A model generated the notes under the pieces. The model worked only from the letters and a program-made list of their open reading frames with translations. It did no database searches and was not told where the DNA came from. Positions 56,520 through 64,000 of a stretch of 64,000 nucleotides of DNA are shown here, in pieces. Location: contig VMGT01000003.1 in assembly GCA_007376725.1 (NCBI GenBank), positions 4,470-68,469 on the forward strand, read 5' to 3'. The DNA comes from Parcubacteria group bacterium Greene1014_15. GTDB lineage: Bacteria; Patescibacteriota; Minisyncoccia; Phycocordibacterales; VMGT01. Each line of letters opens with the position of its first letter. Position 1 is the first letter of the stretch. The position numbers were made by a program, and so were the translations under genes.

Positions 56520-57704
56520 ATGAACGAAAAAATGCTTCAAATAGTAAGCGAGCTTCGTGCTCCTTTTCTAAAGTTCAGAGCAGTAATGTCGCAAATTGTT
56601 TTTGGGTCATCCCAGCAATTTGGCCATCGTATTTTCTCAAATTCCGTGCTCGTGCCGACGCAGTCGGAAGAATGGGCGAAAAATGTTTCCACATTCACCT
56701 GTTTTGGACCGCCAGCGAGTGGAAAGACCACAGCGGCCAAGGCATACAGCATGCTCATGGCATGTCCCACAGCATTTGTCGTCTGGGGTCCTGAACTCAC
56801 GAGCGGGCAGCTCTATGGCTTTCTTGACTACTCGATTCTCGACAAAAATGAACAGCCCAAATATCGGCCAGGCGCACTGACACCGGGCTCATATAACATG
56901 TTCATTTGTGATGAGTTGGTTCGTGGCGCTGTCAGTCGGCTCAATGACCTTGGCCCAATTTTTGCTGAAGGTAAGATCATGATCGAGGGACGGATTTTTG
57001 ATATCGCTCCGCCGGATGAACCCCTCATTATCGTCGCGACGTCCAATCCCTTGGGATCAGCGGGAACCAAACGCGCCGCCGAATTTATCGTTGACCGTTT
57101 GATCGCAGGTACTATTTTTGATGTACCCAAAGAAAACCTTCGCCAATTGCTGCAACCGCAGAAACACTGGCGACGTATTCGGGAACAAGGCCTTCTCACC
57201 CCCGTTCTTTCCCCGCGGATGATCATGCAAACGAGGCGATTTGTCGAGCAGGAAACAAATACGCCTGATCACATTATCGACTACATGGAAGAAATGCTCG
57301 GAACAATCGATTTGCTCACGCATCATAATTGGGCAAATCGCTTTCCAAGGGAAAAATTACCGCCGAAGTGGCGCGCTATGAAACGCATTCCCACCGCACC
57401 GCTCTTTCATCAGATGGGTGGCCGCATTCCACAACATCTTGAGTCACTCTCCCGTGCAGATTCATTCTTGACGTACGGGTCACTTCAAACGATCGTCAAT
57501 AGGAGCGAAAACTCTGTGCAAGCAATGGCCCTTGCTGTCCTTGCGCATCGCTTTATGTATCACATACATGAAGGCGGTATCGATATTCGCGACGCAGCTC
57601 ATGAAGAAGATATATTAGATTTCGTCAGAACTGCAACGAACTGGGTTGTTTCTTTGGTGCCGTTGCCAACATCTCTGCAACGTGCTCCATCGGTTGCAGC
57701 ATAA
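56520..57704 (+). CDS. moxR: Divergent MoxR-family AAA+ ATPase
   Basis: Walker A GPPASGKT, Walker B FICDE, ATSNP..GT, DR, LAHR. Confidence 0.8.
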   Translation: MNEKMLQIVSELRAPFLKFRAVMSQIVFGSSQQFGHRIFSNSVLVPTQSEEWAKNVSTFTCFGPPASGKTTAAKAYSMLMACPTAFVVWGPELTSGQLYGFLDYSILDKNEQPKYRPGALTPGSYNMFICDELVRGAVSRLNDLGPIFAEGKIMIEGRIFDIAPPDEPLIIVATSNPLGSAGTKRAAEFIVDRLIAGTIFDVPKENLRQLLQPQKHWRRIREQGLLTPVLSPRMIMQTRRFVEQETNTPDHIIDYMEEMLGTIDLLTHHNWANRFPREKLPPKWRAMKRIPTAPLFHQMGGRIPQHLESLSRADSFLTYGSLQTIVNRSENSVQAMALAVLAHRFMYHIHEGGIDIRDAAHEEDILDFVRTATNWVVSLVPLPTSLQRAPSVAA

Positions 57705-57760
57705 GAGCATAAGAGCCCTGTGTTTCTGCGACACAGGGCAGTTCTCTGGAGAACCTATGT

Positions 57761-58690
57761 ATGGCATTTGATCCCATTACACCGTTTCGACTCGGAGGCG
57801 CGCCTCTCTGGCACATTCCCATCCCGTCACAGCGATATATAACGGGCGACCATCCAAGTTCAATTCACGGATTTGGCGAAGAAATTGCAGAGATCAGAGA
57901 AATGGAGCCTGGCGACAGTTCTGAATGGTACTCTCCAATACTATCGGCAAGAATGAAAAAACGTATGGCTGTGTACCACACCCGGAACGAGGAAGTCGGC
58001 GTACAGTTTTACCTTGATGCTGGTCCTGCAATCGACTTCGGCGTTCCGTCAAAACGCTTTGTTGCCGTGAAAATCATGTCGAGCCTCGCAGTAAATCTTT
58101 TCCGAGAACCAAATCATGGCACAGCAGCATGCATCGGTGTCGGTTCGCGCATTATGTACATATCCGATTTGGCAGACCAGGCAGTTACATCAAGCGCACT
58201 GCGAAGATTAGTGTATAAATGCGAGAGATATGAACACGAGGACTATGAACGTCTTCCACGTGTTCTCAAACTTCATTCGGCAGAAACGCCGGAACAATTG
58301 ATCTGTCTCTTTTCGGATTTTCTTATTCCGCCACAGGACGAAGCGGCATGGGGACAGTTGGAAAATGCCTGCAGACGTGTTGAACGAGAGGGAAATGAGG
58401 TGATTTTCATCCGTGTTCTTTCGCCTCTCGAAAATCAATTCCCGAATGTCGCAATTACTGTTCGCGGAGCAGAACATTCCCTATGGAGTGGATCAGGAAC
58501 TCAAAAGCAAATTCTTCGGACACAAAGTATGATTCGTGAACGCCTGAATGCCATCTGCAAAAAACCTGATATTCGATTTCTTGAAATCGTGTGGAACGAC
58601 GATAAAGATGCGACCGCTTTTGAGCTTCAAGAGTTTCTCAAACGACGGTCATGCTATATCCGAGCCCATCTTGATATTGCTACCGCGTAA
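57761..58690 (+). CDS. DUF58-like protein
   Basis: G.G.E.AEIREMEPGD..SAR, LD....DFG..SKR, FSDF, SPLE; follows MoxR. Confidence 0.75.
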   Translation: MAFDPITPFRLGGAPLWHIPIPSQRYITGDHPSSIHGFGEEIAEIREMEPGDSSEWYSPILSARMKKRMAVYHTRNEEVGVQFYLDAGPAIDFGVPSKRFVAVKIMSSLAVNLFREPNHGTAACIGVGSRIMYISDLADQAVTSSALRRLVYKCERYEHEDYERLPRVLKLHSAETPEQLICLFSDFLIPPQDEAAWGQLENACRRVEREGNEVIFIRVLSPLENQFPNVAITVRGAEHSLWSGSGTQKQILRTQSMIRERLNAICKKPDIRFLEIVWNDDKDATAFELQEFLKRRSCYIRAHLDIATA

Positions 58691-58701
58691 CACATTCGAC
58701 C

Positions 58702-58739
58702 AGCACCTGCAGTTAACAACACTACAGGTGCTTCTTTTT
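58702..58739 (+). terminator. Intrinsic terminator
   Basis: AGCACCTG..CAGGTGCT followed by TCTTTTT. Confidence 0.55.
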
Positions 58740-58789
58740 ACTCTGGAAATAGTTATATTGGGTAAACTTAATGATATACTATATGCACT

Positions 58790-59755
58790 ATGGACACGGC
58801 AATAGAACAATTCAATACGCAATTTCTTTTTATTCCTGTTATCAGCAATAAAGAAAATCTGCAGAAAACAGAGTCGTTTATTGTATGCGGCATGGGCGGT
58901 TCAAACCTCGCCCCCGGGCTCATAAAGATGCGTTTGCCTCATATAGACATCGTGTCGCATCGTGATTATGGCCTGCCACTCGTATCTCAAAAATTTCTAT
59001 CAAAAAGTCTCATTATTTTAAGTTCTTATTCTGGAAATACCGAAGAAACCATAGACTCGTTCCATGCCGTACGCGAAAAAAATCTCTCGTGCGCAGTCAT
59101 TGCGACAGGAGGAAAGCTTCTCCACCTTGCGCAGAAACACTCTGTTCCGTATGTTCAAATTCCCGATACCGGCATACAGCCAAGATCGGCTCTCGGCTAT
59201 TCCCTGCGCGCACTCCTCGCCCTCATGCAGGAACAGAGCATTCTCGATGAAACCGCCAATCTCGCGGAAACCCTTGAACCCAAAAAATTCCACGACCAAG
59301 GCGAAGCACTCGCAAAACGCATGGCAGGGCACATACCCGTCATCTATGCCTCAACGCGAAATTATTCCATAGCTTACAATTGGAAAATTAAGTATAATGA
59401 AACGGGGAAAATACCGGCATTCTGCAATGTCATTCCCGAACTTAACCATAACGAGATGACCGGCTTTGATGTTACGGGAGCAACAGAGCATCTCTCCGAA
59501 TGTTTCTATTTTCTCTTTCTCGCGGATCCTCTCGATCATCCGCAAGATGCGAAAAGAATGAGTGTTCTTTTTGATATGTTTCTCAAACGAAACTTGCGCG
59601 CAGAAAAAATAGAGCTTTCCGGAGAAAGTCTTTTTTCCAAGATATTTTCTTCACTTGTCTACGCAGACTGGTCTGCATTCGAAACCGCTCTTCATTATAA
59701 TCTCGATCCTGAAAAAGTTCCCATGATCGAAGAGTTTAAGCGGAAAATTGCATGA
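58790..59755 (+). CDS. Bifunctional phosphoglucose/phosphomannose isomerase (SIS domains)
   Basis: GMGGS, SSYSGNTEET, QPR, NETGK, PELNHNE. Confidence 0.9.
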   Translation: MDTAIEQFNTQFLFIPVISNKENLQKTESFIVCGMGGSNLAPGLIKMRLPHIDIVSHRDYGLPLVSQKFLSKSLIILSSYSGNTEETIDSFHAVREKNLSCAVIATGGKLLHLAQKHSVPYVQIPDTGIQPRSALGYSLRALLALMQEQSILDETANLAETLEPKKFHDQGEALAKRMAGHIPVIYASTRNYSIAYNWKIKYNETGKIPAFCNVIPELNHNEMTGFDVTGATEHLSECFYFLFLADPLDHPQDAKRMSVLFDMFLKRNLRAEKIELSGESLFSKIFSSLVYADWSAFETALHYNLDPEKVPMIEEFKRKIA

Positions 59756-60054
59756 ATTTCTTTGAATTATTACTCGCCCTATTGAGCATCATCATATTTC
59801 TTTTTTCATTGCTCATGCTCTTTTTTAGAAATAACGGCACGATCCTCCGAGCAATGTTCATTCCCAGTATTTTTCTTGAAGACAGAGCGATCGCTCTGTC
59901 TGTCCGTTTGTCAGAGCCTATCAACAAAGCTGTCGGTATAACCGGAAGCGGACAATCCGGAAATGAAATGCGACTCAAGAAAAACTTTTTGATACGATTC
60001 GGTCTCATGCTGTTTCTTACCTCGTGTGCACTTATGTATTTTGCTATTACATAA
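59752..60054 (+). CDS. Small two-TM membrane protein
   Basis: ATGA overlap; two hydrophobic helices. Confidence 0.6.
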   Translation: MNFFELLLALLSIIIFLFSLLMLFFRNNGTILRAMFIPSIFLEDRAIALSVRLSEPINKAVGITGSGQSGNEMRLKKNFLIRFGLMLFLTSCALMYFAIT

Positions 60055-60069
60055 AACTCGCCCAACCTT

Positions 60070-60936
60070 ATGTACATTCTTTTTGACATCGGAGGAACAA
60101 ACATTCGCGTAGCTGCGTCACCTGACGGCAGCACATACGGCGAACCGATTACTTTTAGCACTCCGGAAAAATTTGACGAGGGAATTGAGCGAATCGTTGA
60201 CGCTGCAAATATCCTCCGCAGCGGTATTGCGGTCTCTGCTAGCGCTGGCGGTGTTAAGGGGCCGGTTAATCCAAAAGAAGGAGTACTGCTTCATCCGCCC
60301 AATTTACCAAACTGGAAAGACAAACCTCTCAAAGAACGTCTCGAAAAGGAATTTTCCGCTCCGGTTTTTGTAGACAATGACACAGCAATTGTCGGGCTTG
60401 GGGAAGCAGTCGCCGGCGGCGGTAAGGGCCATGCGATAGTTGCATACGTCACGGTGAGCACGGGTGCAAACGGCGTGAGAATTGTTGATGGAAAACTTGA
60501 TAGAAATGCGTATGGATTTGAGATCGGACATCACATCATCAATTGGAATGAAAAAACGCAGTGCACCTGCTCTGATACGCCAACATGGCAACACCCGGAG
60601 GCTTTCATAACAGGGTCTGCTTTTGAACGACGCTTCGTAAAAAAACCATACGAAATCACCGATGAGAAAATCTGGGATGAATCGGCGCGTATTCTTGCTG
60701 TCGTGCTCCACAACGTCATCATGTTTTGGTCTCCGGAATGCATTGTTATCGGCGGCTCAATGATCATCGGCACGAACGGGCCTGTTATACCACTTGATCG
60801 CGCACAAACATACTTGCAGCACATGGTCACCATATTTCCAAAAATACCAAAGATCGTTCCCGCCGAGCTCGGTGCATTCGGCGGACTGCATGGAGCGCTT
60901 GCATTGATTAGGTCGAAGCTAGAAGAAATTGTTTGA
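60070..60936 (+). CDS. ROK family sugar kinase
   Basis: DIGGT, NDT, STGANG, EIGH, C.C, GGS. Confidence 0.9.
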   Translation: MYILFDIGGTNIRVAASPDGSTYGEPITFSTPEKFDEGIERIVDAANILRSGIAVSASAGGVKGPVNPKEGVLLHPPNLPNWKDKPLKERLEKEFSAPVFVDNDTAIVGLGEAVAGGGKGHAIVAYVTVSTGANGVRIVDGKLDRNAYGFEIGHHIINWNEKTQCTCSDTPTWQHPEAFITGSAFERRFVKKPYEITDEKIWDESARILAVVLHNVIMFWSPECIVIGGSMIIGTNGPVIPLDRAQTYLQHMVTIFPKIPKIVPAELGAFGGLHGALALIRSKLEEIV

Positions 60937-60948
60937 AAGTTATTTTGT

Positions 60949-61053
60949 ATGCCAAGAAAGAAATTAACAGAACGAGACACAAATGAATGGGTTGCTATTA
61001 CTGTATCAGTGTGTGTTGTTGCACTCTTCGTGTTTGGCCGGTTGCTTTTCTAA
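60949..61053 (+). CDS. Candidate 34-aa single-TM small protein
   Basis: MPRKKLTERDTNEWVAITVSVCVVALFVFGRLLF; fills the ROK-tgt gap; absent from the ORF track. Confidence 0.45.
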   Translation: MPRKKLTERDTNEWVAITVSVCVVALFVFGRLLF

Positions 61054-61101
61054 CATTTTTATACTACGCTCCCAGCACGTTCATTTCTGTGCTTTTTTGT
61101 T

Positions 61102-62322
61102 ATGCCAGATCCAATTACATTCAAGATTGAGCAGAAAATAAAGGGAGCCTTTGGAAGGGCCGGAACCCTTGCGACACCCCATGGCGTTCTTCTAACGCCA
61201 GCTTTTGTCATTGTAGGAACCAAAGCAACCGTCAAATCCCTTACAACCGACCAGCTCAAAAAACTTGGCGCCACGATCGTGCTTGCGAATACATATCATC
61301 TCTATTTGCAGCCGGGGGATGAGATTGTGCGCGACGCAGGCGGTCTTCATGCGTTTATGAATTGGCACGGGCCCGCAATGACTGACTCGGGCGGTTTCCA
61401 AGTATTTTCTTTGGGAAGCGCATTTACTCGAAATCTCAATAAATTTATCAGTCGCGGCGAACTCGAAGCGTTCGTACGCGGAAAAATACCCGAGCAAACG
61501 AAAGATCCGCTCGCAACTATTAAAGAGGGAGGGGTCGTATTCAAATCGCATGGAGACGGGAGTACGCATACACTGACACCAGAAAAATCAATACAGATAC
61601 AAAATAACATCGGCGCTGATATTATTTTTGCTTTTGATGAATGCACATCACCCATCGATTCATACGATTATCAAAAAGAGGCAATGGAAAGAACACATCG
61701 TTGGGCAGATCGCTCTCTCGCCACTCATCAAAGTAATCCATCCATGCGCGAGAAACAAGGACTCTTCGGTATCGTCCAAGGCGGCCACTATGAGGATTTA
61801 CGAAAACAGAGCGCCACATACATCGCAAACCTCGACGTTGCAGGTTTTGGTATTGGCGGCTCATATACAAAAGAAGACATGGAGGATGTTCTCAAGTGGG
61901 TAAACCCCCTGTTACCGGAAAAAAAACCGCGCCATCTTCTTGGTATTGGAGAACCTCTCCAGCTTTTTATAGGCGTAGAACATGGTGTTGATACTTTTGA
62001 TTGCGTAGCGCCAACACGAGAAGCGCGCAATGGGGCAATATACACACGTGATGGCAGAATTAATCTCTTTAACGCAAAATATAAAAACGATTTTTCCTCA
62101 CTGGAAAAAGACTGCGGCTGTTACACCTGTGAGCACTACACATGCGCATACATGGCACATCTTTTTCGAGCAAAAGAAATTCTCGGGTATACGCTTGCGA
62201 CGATTCATAACCTCCACTTTTTTGTCACACTGATGACAAACATACGTTTGTCAATTTTAGAAAATAGATTTCTTGAATTCAAAGACTCCTTTGCCTCACG
62301 ATACTATCACTTCAACCCATAA
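61102..62322 (+). CDS. tgt: tRNA-guanine transglycosylase
   Basis: NTYHL, TDSGGFQVFSL, DEC, QGG, PRHLLG, FDCV.PTR, C.C..C..H zinc site. Confidence 0.96.
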   Translation: MPDPITFKIEQKIKGAFGRAGTLATPHGVLLTPAFVIVGTKATVKSLTTDQLKKLGATIVLANTYHLYLQPGDEIVRDAGGLHAFMNWHGPAMTDSGGFQVFSLGSAFTRNLNKFISRGELEAFVRGKIPEQTKDPLATIKEGGVVFKSHGDGSTHTLTPEKSIQIQNNIGADIIFAFDECTSPIDSYDYQKEAMERTHRWADRSLATHQSNPSMREKQGLFGIVQGGHYEDLRKQSATYIANLDVAGFGIGGSYTKEDMEDVLKWVNPLLPEKKPRHLLGIGEPLQLFIGVEHGVDTFDCVAPTREARNGAIYTRDGRINLFNAKYKNDFSSLEKDCGCYTCEHYTCAYMAHLFRAKEILGYTLATIHNLHFFVTLMTNIRLSILENRFLEFKDSFASRYYHFNP

Positions 62323-62339
62323 TTGGTTATATATTTACT

Positions 62340-64000
62340 ATGAATGTTTTTAGTCTTAGATCACACTATGCGCCTGCAGGCGATCAGCCGAAGGCAATTG
62401 AAGAACTTTCGCGCGGATTGCAAAAATCAATGCGCTGGCAGACCTTGCTCGGCGCAACAGGTACCGGAAAAACTTTTACTGTCGCGAATATTATCGCGCG
62501 CATCGGAAAACCGACGCTTGTTATTGCACACAATAAGACACTTGCGGCACAACTCGCGCAGGAATACAGTGAGTTCTTTCCCGATGCCGCCGTGCACTAT
62601 TTTGTTTCATACTACGATTACTACCAGCCTGAAGCGTATCTTCCCATTACCGATACCTATATTGAAAAAGAAACACAAATCAACGAGGAAATCGACCGCT
62701 TGCGGCATGCATCGACGCAATCCCTCCTTTCACGCCGCGACGTCATCATTGTTGCCTCTGTTTCGTGCATCTATGGCCTAGGTAATCCAGTTGAATATGA
62801 AAAAGTCAACATGCATCTCGAGAAAGGAGCGAAATGTGCGCGCAACGATTTCATGCGCGCACTTATCGACATTCACTTTGAGCGTACCAATACTGACCTT
62901 ACACCGGGCACATTTCGCGCAGTCGGCAATGTGATTGAAGTCATGCCCATACATGAAAAAAAGCTCTACCGCATAGAAATAGCGGGAGACACAATTAAAA
63001 CCATCCTCCGAATTGATGCTATAACACGCAAAATAGAGGCGGAAATCGAACGTATTTTTCTTTTTCCCGCAAAACACTTCATCATCTCGAAGGAACGCAA
63101 TGAACACGCAATAACCGACATCAAAGTCGAGCTTGAAAAACAGCTTGCATATTTTGCAAAAGAAGAAAAAATACTTGAGGCCGAACGCCTCAAACGCAGA
63201 ACAAACTACGATCTCGCCATGATACGAGAAATCGGATACTGCAGCGGCATCGAAAACTATTCGCGTTTCTTCGATCGAAGAAACGAAGGGGAAGCGCCCT
63301 ACACCCTGCTTTCATATTTTCCACACTTGTCGGATGGAGCTCCAGATTTTCTTACCGTCATTGACGAATCACACGTCACGATTCCACAATTGCGGGGTAT
63401 GTTTGGGGGCGACCGTTCTCGAAAAGAGGTGCTTGTGGAACATGGATTTCGTCTGCCATCGGCAAAAGACAACCGTCCGCTCACCTTGGAAGAGTTCGAG
63501 GATCGCATTGGTGATGTTATATATACTTCGGCAACTCCGGGAGAATACGAAATGAAAAAGAGCGCACAGATTGTGGAACAGATCATACGTCCTACGGGAC
63601 TTGTTGATCCGCAAGTTGACGTGCGGCCGATACTCTCATCACGCGAGAAAAGTTCGCCCTATCGAGGACAAGTCGGTGATTTCATACAAGAAACAGAAAA
63701 AGAAATCAAATCGGGAGGCCGTGTTCTTGCAACGACACTCACTAAAAAAATGGCAGAAGATCTAAGCACCTATCTGAAAGAGAAGGGGATTAAGGCAGAA
63801 TATCTTCACAGCGATATAAAAACAATAGATCGCATCACTATTCTTTCAGATTTTCGAAGAGGAGTTTTTGACTGCCTTGTCGGTGTTAATCTTTTGCGTG
63901 AAGGCCTTGACCTTCCTGAAGTTTCACTCATAGGTATTTTCGACGCGGACAAAGAGGGTTTCCTTCGTTCTGAAACTTCACTCATACAAATCATTGGCCG
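62340..64000 (+). CDS. uvrB: Excinuclease ABC subunit B (runs off the window)
   Basis: Manual translation: PAGDQPKAI, LLGATGTGKTFT, HNKTLAAQL, FVSYYDYYQPEAY, DESH, NLLREGLDLPEV. Confidence 0.96.
   Translation, partial: MNVFSLRSHYAPAGDQPKAIEELSRGLQKSMRWQTLLGATGTGKTFTVANIIARIGKPTLVIAHNKTLAAQLAQEYSEFFPDAAVHYFVSYYDYYQPEAYLPITDTYIEKETQINEEIDRLRHASTQSLLSRRDVIIVASVSCIYGLGNPVEYEKVNMHLEKGAKCARNDFMRALIDIHFERTNTDLTPGTFRAVGNVIEVMPIHEKKLYRIEIAGDTIKTILRIDAITRKIEAEIERIFLFPAKHFIISKERNEHAITDIKVELEKQLAYFAKEEKILEAERLKRRTNYDLAMIREIGYCSGIENYSRFFDRRNEGEAPYTLLSYFPHLSDGAPDFLTVIDESHVTIPQLRGMFGGDRSRKEVLVEHGFRLPSAKDNRPLTLEEFEDRIGDVIYTSATPGEYEMKKSAQIVEQIIRPTGLVDPQVDVRPILSSREKSSPYRGQVGDFIQETEKEIKSGGRVLATTLTKKMAEDLSTYLKEKGIKAEYLHSDIKTIDRITILSDFRRGVFDCLVGVNLLREGLDLPEVSLIGIFDADKEGFLRSETSLIQIIG

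Noticed and set aside
62344-63994. Short ORFs listed in the track at the window end
   Set aside because: They are shadows of uvrB, which starts at 62340 and has no stop in the window.
1-64000. Prophage, diversity-generating retroelement, retron or autonomous IS
   Set aside because: No integrase, reverse transcriptase, transposase or phage structural cluster was recognised; the baseplate-J-like segment is embedded in a cellular surface protein.

Overview
Gene-dense bacterial window whose gene content points to Patescibacteria/CPR, probably Parcubacteria (inference from the Gmad2-type protein, bifunctional PGI/PMI, prepilin-like and very large Ig/FN3 surface proteins, and many receiver-only regulators). 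Housekeeping genes: DEAD-box helicase, SAM methyltransferase, PGI/PMI, ROK, tgt and a partial uvrB. Signalling: six histidine-kinase-like genes (one a pseudokinase), receiver-only regulators, two membrane sensors with no transmitter domain and an ECF sigma locus. Metabolism: an unexpected amino-acid catabolic set (plant-type ALDH12/P5CDH, homogentisate dioxygenase, 2-oxoacid dehydrogenase E1 alpha/beta, a trans-sulfuration PLP lyase, a cysteine hydrolase). There is also a divergent MoxR/DUF58/vWA cluster resembling mxaACKL-RS. Intergenic DNA holds several non-autonomous element families, including IS66-like MITEs with 8-bp target duplications that carry different hairpin cargo. The best novelty candidates are a ~440-nt promoter- and terminator-bounded, GC-rich, pseudoknotted ncRNA (14387-14831) and a split-sensor/pseudokinase signalling locus around a 1732-aa surface protein with a redox-dead thioredoxin domain. 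I recognised no tRNA, rRNA, CRISPR array or transposase. All calls come from reading motifs by eye; no database was searched.
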